64,000 nt of DNA. It comes from Lingula anatina (lineage: Eukaryota; Animalia; Brachiopoda). The position numbers and the translations under genes were made by a program. Every line of letters starts with the position of its first letter. Within the stretch, counting starts at the first letter, position 1. The stretch is from contig CM120641.1 in NCBI GenBank assembly GCA_051362555.1, forward strand, positions 32,432,401 through 32,496,400, read 5' to 3'. The notes beneath the pieces are model-generated. The model was not told the origin of the DNA, ran no database searches, and was given only the letters and a program-made list of their open reading frames with translations. Of the stretch, positions 26,101 to 38,100 are shown one piece after another.

Positions 26101-29100
26101 TAACAGTATATTAATAAAGTAATAAGAGTCTTTGGGCATCTCAAGAAAAACCCTTATGAATTTCCTGTGCATTCTTACCTTTGGGGGAAAAAAGAGAGTC
26201 TTGTTAGTCTTAGAAATATTTTGTGATCTGTGCATGTCTTTCACGGTTCAATATGCATAGTAATATGGTCTTTTTGAAATTTTGGCAAAGGATCTAGATT
26301 CCAAGAATGCTTATCTACTTGAACTAATGAGATGGTTAGGAGCATCTAATTATAACAGATCATTGAGAGAAAGGGGAATTACTTGAGAGAGAGAGGTTGA
26401 GAGGCAGTGAGTTTGAACAGTTTGCTACATCACAGTTAGGAAGTGATAACTTCCTAAAAGTAGTATGAGATGATGATAAGAAGCAACAGATAACACTCAT
26501 AACTTCTACCCCATGAAAATTACTGGTGGTATTTCAGGGCCTGTATTTTATGTGTTAAAGGACACAGAAAACAGGAAATGGTTAAAATGCAATTTGCGGT
26601 GGCACCTATATATTAAATACAATTTCTTGGCAAAGTCTTTCTTTTCAAGTTGTGAATGAGACACGAGGTAGAGCTTGTCTGTTTAGTATTGGCGTCTTTT
26701 CCATTTGCAGTATTCTTTAACAGCTGTAGTACATTGGGATGAGCTCACGTGGAAAATTCCTCATTCCAGTTCATTACAGAGAATGCAGCGAAGGATAAAA
26801 GATGTCCTTATCCCTTGCATGTTTCAGTGAAAAGAGTTGAAGTAAACCCCCTGAAAGTCGGGGATTCCAATAATGTGCTTACCCTCTTTAACACAAGATG
26901 GCAGGTAATTTCTGCCTGGCAAAGCAACTTAGTTTATTCTTCAGGCATCTCCAAAAAGAGGTTTAAGAGATCCCTCCAGAGCAATTGAGGAAGATTGTAT
27001 AATAAACCTTTGTGGAATACAGCAAATTAGATCCCTAACTAGATTAATATGATTAGAAAATGCATTAAATGTGCTGCCCAATGATCTTAATGGCCTCAAA
27101 CTCCCTTTATTGAATTCCAGACATCTCTTTTGCAGGAGTCTATGCAAATTGCATTGAAAAGATAGTGAAGATAACACTTCATTCAGGCTGATAGTATATT
27201 GTATTGAAGATGGCATTTTGGTTTTCCTAAATTGGATAGTAAATCAATAGAACCATTTCTGCCTTTCCTTTGTGTGTCATTACAATAACTAGCTGCCCTT
27301 TGTCTGAAGATTCTAAATTGAAAATTGATGGAAACATTATTTAACCGATACAGAACAACCTAGTGGTTTTGTGTGTATTTGACTAGCCCAGGTTGTTAAT
27401 GATATCCAGGAAACCAGAATCTAGTAATTACCTTTACCGATTAAAAATTAATCGGCATTTACGAGAACCTCATAATTTTCTTGGCCAAAAGGGACTGGAA
27501 TGGTTGACTGCAATTTTGTCTTTTTGTCTTGCAAAAGAAAAAGCAACCTTCTACACCAGGCTCATTGATCAGTTATGTAAAGTTAGGTCAGATACATGTA
27601 TTAGAGTGTTATCAAGTTGAAGTTTGAGGGGAAAGAAGTCACTGCAGTAAATGATTGAATGGCATCCGTAGTAGAAGTTGTTGAAAGTGGGTCATGTCTA
27701 CTGTAAAGTTGGGATGTCATGCTAAGTCAACACAGGCTTGGGAACTGAACCCACTAGGCCAGATGTGAAAACAAATTGTGGTTTCTCCTTGTGCAGTATG
27801 TGTATGTGCATTCTGACAGCTTTATAATGGGTTCCATTTGGTGCCCAGAGTGCTGCTGGGCTAGTCAACTCTGTGTGCCATATTTGCCAAAGCTGCTCCA
27901 GTAAGGAGCAAGAGGCTGGGAATTGGATTTCAAGATGTGATTAATAAAAATCAATCTGAGTAGAGCAAGCCTGGTGCACACCTGCACTGTTCATTCTTAT
28001 ACACTGGCTGCAGCAGCAGCAGGCATATGTTCACATATGAAATATTGAATAGACTCTAGATCACACTTGCGGCCAACTTATAAACACTCTCACTTGCACA
28101 CACTATCAGCACTTTTAACGTGGGTTCTGAACAGATGCAACTGGTGATAGCTAGATTGACTGCAAGCAGCAACAGGCACAGGCAATAGCAAATAGACTAC
28201 ACACAACCTGTGACTGCTGGTGTTGGTGCACAGATTTCCAACATGTTCAATATGGCCGAGGCTGGGTTGTGTCAAACAGACAGGAACAGCCACAGCAGAT
28301 AACACCTGTGCTGCCTGGTCTAACAGTTTGACCTGCCCCTAGACTAGCAGTGCCAGCATGGAAGCTTCAGCTATGTGGTTATTTCATACATGGCTAGTGC
28401 CATCTCCTCAAAGTGCTGTGTCCTGTCTCTGGTCCTGTTTGCTCATTAGGGATGGGCTTTTCTGTCCAAGTTGTGTTATTCTAGCATCATTTAGCCAGAT
28501 ATAATGTGCTATTACAGGCAGTCAGGTGCATACATACAGACTTTCAAGGCATCTGCTATGCAGATGTGAACACATACTGTTCAGGTGTGCTGGAAAATAT
28601 AGATATCTGCTGTGTGTTTACATTGAGCCAACCTGGCACATAGAATTATAGTACAAGTGGAAGATTGCATTGGAGTTAAGGCATGAATGAGTGCATGCAT
28701 ACGAAATAAGTATACCAGGAGAGGCTGAAATTGCTACAGGAGATACATTTCTTCAGAACATGTTTTATTTTTCTTTGCCGATGAGTGGGAAGATTTTTTT
28801 TTTGTGGGAACAGTGTAATATGGTTTTGATCCCCTGGGTTATCCAACACTATTCTGGTTCTCTGCAGTACTTCAGATGGCCTCTATTATGAATTCCTGTG
28901 CAGAGAAATTCCACTTCTTAGAACTATTTCCTCAGCAGTTAGCATTCCATGGTATCAGCTTGCCTGTATTGAATTCTTTCTTGACTCTTAATGAAATATG
29001 ATGAAAAAAAAGAAAGACCATAACATGCTGCTTGTTACTAAATGCATATTTTTTTGTTTTGGGCAATTAAAACTAGGGTGTTGAGAGGGTTGGTAAGGGA

Positions 29101-32100
29101 CATGGTTGAGGTGTCCTGTCAGTGTTAGTAAGTGGAGACCTTCCCTTCTGGCTGAGTTCTGGCTTTGATTAGCCATCTGCAGATGGCTTCATGCTGGAAA
29201 AGAAGTCTAGTGTGGCATATTGGAGTATGGGCTATCTGCTGTTCCTGCACATGGAATTCACTTTATATATATATATATATATTACCTTTTTTTAGAGGGG
29301 ATAGGTGGGTGGAAGTGGAAAGCTGGCCCATTGTGCTGTTGCCTGATGAGTTGAAAGGACACAGTACCTGTAGTGAAAGGTGGAATGAGAGTGAAGGAAT
29401 AAATACAAGCATTGATTTGAGACTGCAGATGAACATGTAAACTTGCAAAATGTGGTCTGCACCTGGTATTTATGAAAAAAGAACAGTAGTAGAGATAGTA
29501 TAGCACATGTGATGAGAAGCTACACCTGAGGCACCAGATGAGGAAAGTACTTGCTTTGCATCTGCCACCTGTGCCAAAACAAGAAATCACTTCCAAAAAC
29601 TACCACTTATACCACTGGACACTGCTAACATGTGATATACAGATGTAGCATCTAGTGTGTCTGCCCCAAGTGGTCAAAGAAGTCAAAGAAGTCAAAGAAG
29701 AACCAAATGGCAGAATGATAGATTGTGTCTACTATCACCCTTGTCCATCAAAACAAAGTTGTTGTAAACTGATGACAGTGTAGAACAATTTGGATTCCAT
29801 CGATACATGTATCCCATCAACTGGCATATTTTTTGTGTGCTGTCCTATTATAAATTCATTTCTTTGGTGGAAAATGAGGAATTAATTTCATTTTAGTGAA
29901 AAAAATCTCCTTAAATTTATAATGAAATCAAAACATGGTCTTTCTGTGTTGAAATAGAAAGGATGTTTTTTTAAATAATATATGTAGTTTTGATGTACTG
30001 ATGTGTATTCTCCAAACTATCTCATTAAACATCATGAAATATTAAGGTCTTCTTGGATCAAGCTTGCTTACAGATTATGAAACAAAAAATCGTATTGCTG
30101 ACTTGTGTTTTTGGACCAGGTATTGTAAAGAATTATTTTACTGATTTTAAAAACTATTTCTTTTTTAGATAAATACAACAGTTAATTTTGGCTGAATATT
30201 TTGTAAACCTTTTGTGAAATCTAGTGCTGCTAAAGCTATAACTTGATTCAATTTTTAAAGTTCACATTGCTAAGACTGATGTATAGTTTAACCCAAAAGA
30301 AAATATCTAACATTTCTTTTGACTGAGACATATAGATGAATTTTATTTGGGTTTATAAGAAGGAATAGATGGTAATTATCTTTTCAGTGGGCGGAAAATT
30401 GTGAATTTTACAAATACTGTATTTTTAAGTGATAATTTCTCAAAATTAGATTCCTGTTGAGTGGTAGCAACAAAATTGACAAGCAGGTTACTAAACCGTT
30501 CTATTCTATACAGTAAAAGCATCACAATGTTTTATAGAAATATAATTTTTGTGGTTATAAAATTAAGTATCTGCAAGTTTGGTCATTTTTGCCAATTCTG
30601 AAGATCGAATCATTACCACAAATAAAAGTGATGCCATTTGCGCTCTTTTTGTCTAATATAAAATGCTCTTGCATGTTGAGGAAGGTAACCAAAAGTTCAC
30701 TCCACCTTTACGTGCAGTTATTATTTCATTTTCTTTCTTTTTTTTTTTTTAACCAAATGTTTCTTGTTTTGCAGCCAACTCCCTTCAATGCATAAATCAC
30801 TTGGGAGTAAATCACTTCCTTTCACACTACCTTTGACAAAATTCCTGACTGTCATCATATGGCAATTTAACTGGTACTTTTTCTCATGAAATCATTTTCA
30901 TGTTTGGCAGACTTGCAAGCTGTTGTTGCTAAGATGTAGACTGAACAAATGCTGCTTGTTTACAAACTAGGGAACGTCACAAACTTTGGACACAAATTTC
31001 TTTGAGTTGTGTCTACTTAAATTCTACACCACTCCAAGCCTTAACTAAAATTTGATGTCCCTTAAACCTTTGCTAATTGCACAACCTCTCTCAGGTAGTC
31101 CTACAGAGCTGAGAAGTGTCAAAGACATCCATGGTCTGCACTAATGTGACTCCTCTTCACTTCCGGATGGACTCTGAAGCAGCTGGTGGGATGTGCCGCT
31201 AATATCCTATTATTGGGCAGAAAGGCAAATGGAGTTTATTTCATGTCTTTTAGCTTGTCTTTTCATCCTTTTTGTTTTCACAGAGGTTTTTTGTCACCAT
31301 TATGAGAGATGTTAATATAAAATTATTATACGAAAATGAATTCCAACTTGCCATCTGATATAGAGTTCATTTTATGACCAGAGACGTGGTCGCCAGCAAG
31401 TGGAGCAACACGCAGCACAAGCGTGGAAGTTCTACATATGTGAAGACTTATGGAAATGTTTTGGTGAAAATACCTTTTGTGCTACAGTTGAAGTTAGAAC
31501 TCAAAATAAAATATGCTGCATGTGTGTATCACATCAACAGAGACTTCATCTTCCTCCTTAGATATTGAATTTGCATAGGAATTTTAAAAGAAGAAATGTT
31601 GATAAGTTGATTTGTGCATAGAAAGTGAAGCAATGATAAAAAGCAACTATATTTTGAAATTGCCCGTTTATGTGCAAACACAGATATGTCATGATGCTCT
31701 GTTTTTGAAACATCTAATATTGCAAAGAACAGAGTTTGTAAAAAAAAAAAAAACTTTAAAGCAAACTGTATAAAATCCATGCAGTAACCTTTGTTTTTTT
31801 CCCTCTGTAATTTAAAGTAATTAAATTACCTCGCGAGACTGATAAAATAAATGCACCAAGATTTAAAACATTTAAGATTAAATTTTTTTGTATTCATTTT
31901 CATTATTTATAATGTATTGTAGAGATTTGGAAAAAATGTATTTGTTTCAATCATGCTCGTTACTGAATAAATAGTAAAAAGTATTTGCAATTCTGTTGTC
32001 CAGAGTCTTCTCTAACACACTCGATCCATTTCTGATAAAATTTCACCTTATGTTAATTTTTACCCAATAAGTTGGGCTATTTAAGGTGTTATGAAGTGTT

Positions 32101-35100
32101 AAGATTGACTCAAAAATTAATGGTAATCATCTGGCGTCTTGTCCTTTGGTATAAGATCAAGAAAAGTTTCATGGGATCAGGAGAAGAGTGAGTTCAGAAA
32201 CAATGGCAGACAATAAAAGCAGACAGAATTAATCCACATATATTTTTTTGGTTGTTTTCTGTTAGATTTTGTTACACAGTAGTACAAATTCATTCTGATT
32301 TGCATGCCACTTTAGTACTGCATTTTTAAGGCTCGTTCCCAATTAAACTATAGTTCTATGTAGATTGATCCAACTCTGCGGGGACTCTTGCTGAATGCAG
32401 TCAGATTAACTGAATGACATGCCTCCTTGCACAGCTGAGGGGAAACTCGAAGCTTTTTCTCTTCGTTTTGAGTGTGATTAAACACACATGAAAGTTTATG
32501 TAGATGGCAGTAGCACAATTTCAGTAATATTTTAAAACCATGTTTATAATTTTATGGTATTTGGAAGTATTATTATATCATTCATCTTCAGACCAACCAA
32601 CCAAACAGTTCTGTTTGAGTTTTAAAATTTTAGGATGCTCTGTATTGTTAAAATGCTAGATACTGAAAGATTGTCTAAAACAGATGGTACTGTTAAAGAG
32701 AGAATGATGAGGACATATCAACAATTTCATTTTAAACAAACTTAACTATACATAAATTATTTGAGGATAGGTTTTGAATTGTGGTGACTAGTTCATTTTA
32801 TGCATGCAATTAAATTGGTTAAACCCTGGGTTGTGTGAATTCATTTACTTCTTTTAACAAGATCACCTATTGCTAATGTTTTGGAGAATAAATAATAATA
32901 GATTTTAAAAGAAACTTTTTTCCAACATTTTAACCATCCATCCATCCTGCTTAGATGTAATATTGGCTGTCTCTTTGAAGTTCTTTGTTTGATGACTGTA
33001 AATATGTCCCATCTTTTATGTCTAGTGGGAACTGTTCTTCAGTGATGGATTTTCCTCTGCAAACAAAAAGAAGTAATATATACATGTCATTGATGAAAAA
33101 ATGATATTTTAAAATTGAAATATTAGCTGCTTGACATTGGAACATTGTGGGCTTAATTCGTACTGGTAAGATCTTTCAGTGTTGTAATGTTTATCTGATT
33201 TGGTTTTATCTCAGCAGTGTTCAGTGCCATTGATAAGGGCAAACCTTATGACAGCTGAGTCAACAAATTCAAGTTGATGACTTTTTATGAGGGAGGACTA
33301 TCAAATCGCTTTCTGTGCAACAAGTAGATGGATATGGAATTTCAATATGATGCACATTTTTTAAAAACTTACTCTGATTTCTGAAGAACTATGAAAATTA
33401 TGAGTTTGTTTTTATATACTTAGTATAACACCCATGGTACACACGCACATGTTAAAATTGTCTGTAATGAATGTAGACTTTGACAATTGGCACCAAATAA
33501 CTTTGTCACACTTAACAAATTTGTTTTTTTTTTTTTTTTTTCAGTATAATGCTGCTGAATATCTGATAAACATTGGAAAATGGACAGATTAAATTTTCTT
33601 ACTCAAGTGACCCAGGCATGGTTTTGAAAAGAGCAGTATTGTTGAATGAAAATATTTGAAGAGAGAAATTACACGAACTGTTATTAAAATCAGTAATATA
33701 ATTAAAAGCAAATTGTTATGTCTGCATAGCCCAAAGGTAGGGGCATGTGGCATCTAGGGTCACCATGATGTGTTTTCTTAGTTGTCATAAATTATGGACA
33801 GATTTCATGATCGGTTTATAGGTATTGTGTTTTGTGTTTATTTATGTAATTGCTGATTATACCCCTAAGTTTTGTGGTCCTTAGGAATAGGAAGTTTCAC
33901 TGAAAGAATGGGTCTGCATATTGTAAAGCTTCTATATTTCTAGCACATCAGCCTGAGGGTCTGTGCTGATATTTCTCCTTTTCTTTGTGCTGATTTGATT
34001 GGCCTTGTCTATTGTCTGGAAGGTGAATAGGGCACAAGCTCTCGGAGAATTAGGAATACTTTGTGCACAACTTTGCAAAGCCAGAGTTTTCCTCCAGGTC
34101 CTATTCTTCCAGTAGACATGCACAGAGTGCCTTGACTTGGGCAGTAAGACTTTCAGTTTATAGCTGGCCAAGTAAGAGAGCGCAGCCAGAAAATTATTGG
34201 CACACACATCAGTTTTTCTCCCATGCATTACTGAAGAAGAGGAAGAAGAAGAACATGCGGGCATTCTGGTATTGAAAAAGCATGCTTCCTCGCCACTGTT
34301 TGTATGGTCAGTGGTATTCTCTGCCACCACCTGCTTATCAGGGTAAGGAAATATAATTTAGATAAGTACAGGGGAATGTTGCTAGGAAATAAAGTGCACT
34401 TTGTTCAAAACACTAAACATTTCTCAAAAACATTAAAATTCCTCAGTGATGTATTGCTTCAAGGCTGTTCAAAGTAACTTGGTAACAAAGTGTTGGATGA
34501 ATTTTGATAAAAGTAAAATTCAACTAAATGTTAGAAACATGATATGAGAAAATTAATGTATTGATATTTCTTGTAATGCCAACAGCAACATTTTGTCATA
34601 TCCAGATGCATGTTACCATGCAAGACTTCTTCCATGTAGAAATTAACATAGGTGATCTTTGAGTGGTGAAGTAAGGGAGGTGTCATGCCATCCATTACAG
34701 CTCAAACTCCTTTGATGCTGCAGAGTCAAATGATACTCCAGCTGCTATAGTGTAATCATGCTTTTGGTTGCCATGCCGACCTCTATTGTCCCATCCTCCA
34801 TCTTATCATGTCTTGTATCAGATCTGAGGCTTTAGTATAAATGCGGTATAAACCATTACAAGGGGTTGACCATGAAGGTGGTTCTGAGCTTGAGGGTGAA
34901 TGAGAAGGGCCCAAGAAAAGTGATACATCTTTTGTACTCGGGTGACACCAGACCAGCAGAGAGAGAGTTTTCTTTGTAGTTCTAGGCATGACCCTTGGAG
35001 AAATCCTTCCAGTTTATTTTTCCCTGCTACTTCTGTGACGGAATTGAGAAAAGCAAAAAGAAATGAGAGGCATCTTTCTCTCAGACTCTGTGTTAGAATT

Positions 35101-38100
35101 AAAGGCAGAAAAAAGATAAGCATCTCTGGCACTAATCTTTCCTTGCAGTGGCAGACTGTTGTGGGGTGTCCAGACTATAGAGTTGTCAGGCTGTCCCCCC
35201 AGGGTGGCCTTCCCCATGACTAGGCACATTGACATATAGTGCCACTGATACTTGTTGACACTGCACATTTTTAACAATAGGCTGCCCAATCCTGTTTATA
35301 TTTCGTCATTTTCATTGACAAAAGCCACTTGATAGTGTTGGTTTGGGAGGTTTATCGCTAGATCTGTCAGTTCAATTGCCATTTTTTTCTTATGTTCCAC
35401 TGCTGGCTTTTGCCCTGTGATTCTTATTTACAGTGAAACTGGTAAAATGCATATCTTTTCCAGAACTGTTTTCACGGTATTGAATACTTTTAGCTCTCCC
35501 ATATTGTGAATTATTTAGCCAAGTGCTAATTATATAAATTTCAGTTTGGTTTTTTTAGTTAGAATGAGATATTTCTGAAGGATGTTATTGATATTTTATT
35601 TTACAATGTTAGTGGGGTTTACTTGAAGTAAGATAATATTGTTAGATATCACATTAGTTTCAGATGAATTTTGGGGTGTTTTTAGAATGTCGTTCTTGAA
35701 GTTTTCTTGTGGCAGGATTATATCACATGCACACATGGTTGATGTCTGTAGACTTGCCTCCCAATGAACAGATAAGTGTACTTTCAATAATTAATTTGGT
35801 GGTATTCTTTATTAAAGAACCTGCTGTTAAAGAAAAAAATATTTTCCAAGTACTTTCATCAAAGAAAAATTTTAACAGCTACAAATGCAATCCCATCATG
35901 ACACCAATGAGTCAGTTTCACCCCCTTTCCTGTAAGCTTAAAAAATCTCATGTTTCATTTTAATTGGTTTTTATCGCACCTTGATATATCTGTATGTCTT
36001 GCCTGCCAAGCACAGGACACCCACAGGAGAGGGATGAGCCGTGCAAGACTTAGCTGACATTCTCAATTAAAGCAGATATAAAGTGGAACCCTGTCAAGGC
36101 AGACCGGCTTTTTTTCTTACCCTTCTGGCCAGGTGTTTTGTATTGAAAACACATGTGCCACTTGATAGAGCCGATTGACTAAACCTGATATGTCAGCACT
36201 GTTTATGGCATTGCCTTGAGAGTTCCCATCTTGGTGCTTGCTCAGATTCATAGAACACCAGAAAGCTCTTGTTTTGATGGCTCTGACATATCCTGATGTA
36301 AAGTTACCTGTACAAATAGAAATCAACATAACAGTTACATGGGATATTAGTGGTGATGATATGACAAGTCTGCCAGCATGAGGTGTTGACTCAGGGCAGG
36401 TCCCTCAGATAAGATGAGAAAAAAAAAACTTGGTGTACAGTAATTGCTCAGTAAAAGTTAGTCATTTCGCTGAGCTAGTCAGCAACAAGCATAACTGCTG
36501 CACAAGATAACAATTTTGGCAAATCGTATGAAAGATTGCTTCAGGTGTATACCAAAGTTGAGTTTCAAGAGTTAAACAGCAGAATGGTGATCGAAGAAGT
36601 CGGACATGTTTCTGAGTGGTCAAGTCTAGTGGAAGCGATATTGTTAGAAGGTCAGTCGCATGCTGGAGAGTTAAAAGCATGGAAAAACACTATCTGAAAG
36701 CTTCTAGAGGTGATAAGTAGTCCATATTCTTCATCCCCGAGGATTTTTGTTAAGTTGTAGTTTGCTTGATTTCCTTGATTGCTATCTTTTCTGGGGCTGT
36801 CTACCTGGGAAATAGAGGTGTAGAGATAGTGTAGTAATTTCTGAACTAAGTTGATCAGCTGTCCCCAGTGTTTTCTACCACCAGTAGCTCAGTCCCCCCT
36901 AGGCCAGGTGATTTCCTGACTGACTCCCAAAGCTTTGTTCCACTCATTGATTTATAGAGGAGCCTAAGATAATAACACCAGCCAGTTTTCTATTGACTAG
37001 ATCTAATTAAGCATTCTCTTTCAGACAACCTCATCCTTTTGTCTGCAGTGCATCTACATTAAGGCTGATGTGCATATTACCTGCTCACAGCTCATAATCT
37101 TTGCATTGAGCTTGGCAGGAAAAGAACAATGCTTTTATAATTAGCAGTGAAGGTGAAATAATGCAGCAAGATTGCCCAGGCTCTATAATTACCTGCTGAT
37201 CAGGTTAATGAAGCTTTGATTGGGGAAAACCACTGAGCAATGATAGGATTAGATTTTAATATCAGAAAAGTGGAGTTTGGTTTGATCACAGTTTAGTTGG
37301 ATCCCTTGAGGGTTGCACATCTTCTTGAATAAATGTCACAGCTCCACTGGGAAAGTTATATCCTCATGGGAGAAAGAGAGATTATCATTTGACTATTGAC
37401 TAGACTCTGGCAAAATAAGGTGCATTATGGTGAAATTTATACTGTGCTTCTCTTTGTAAAATTGCCTCAGTTATTTTGAGGAAACTGCAATCTGTTGTGT
37501 AAAGTCCATGAAGAATACATTATTTTTTGATGTTAATATATGATATCACATTTTAGGGTTATTTTAGTGCATTTGTAATTATGGGAGGATAACCTCAGTT
37601 CTAAACACTTTTGATTAATTTTCGAGACTGCGGTTTGTTAAGCAGGGTTTCTGTAGGTTATTGTTTGTGCTTGCTCCCCCCAGTTTTGACAAGCAAGAAA
37701 TGTTGAAGCTATTGTTTACTTGAACTCCCCTCACATAACAGATCCTTTTGTTACTTGTTAATATTTTCAGTTCTCACTGTACAAAGTGGAAGGAGAATAA
37801 AGAAAATATTTCAACATTATATCCCCTGATTGCTCCTAATGTACTCCATTTTTAGGCCTAATGTTTTACAACAATGTAGCAAAGCAAATGAACACATTTA
37901 CGGATGTTTAGATTGGTTTCACACTGTAAAGGTTTTATTGCCAAATTTATTCAATATTGAAAAAGGATTGATTGATAGATGGTGTTGAATGGCACGGGGT
38001 TTGAGGCGTAAATAGGGAGTCCGTGGGTATGTGGTGAGAAGAAAGGGAGAATTTCTATGTTCTTGTGGGAAAAGTGGGAGAAAACAAATGACTCATAGAA

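Noticed and set aside
31382-31443. CpG-containing stretch initially considered for the missing phase 1 to 0 E-protein exon
   Set aside because: Runs into TGA without a suitable donor; exon 39843-39913 fills that role.
35898-35931. MTPMSQFHPLS-phase-1 unit ending CCT/gtaagc
   Set aside because: In phase with exon 39843, but the exonic donor context is weak and there are no promoter-like features; not distinguishable from chance.
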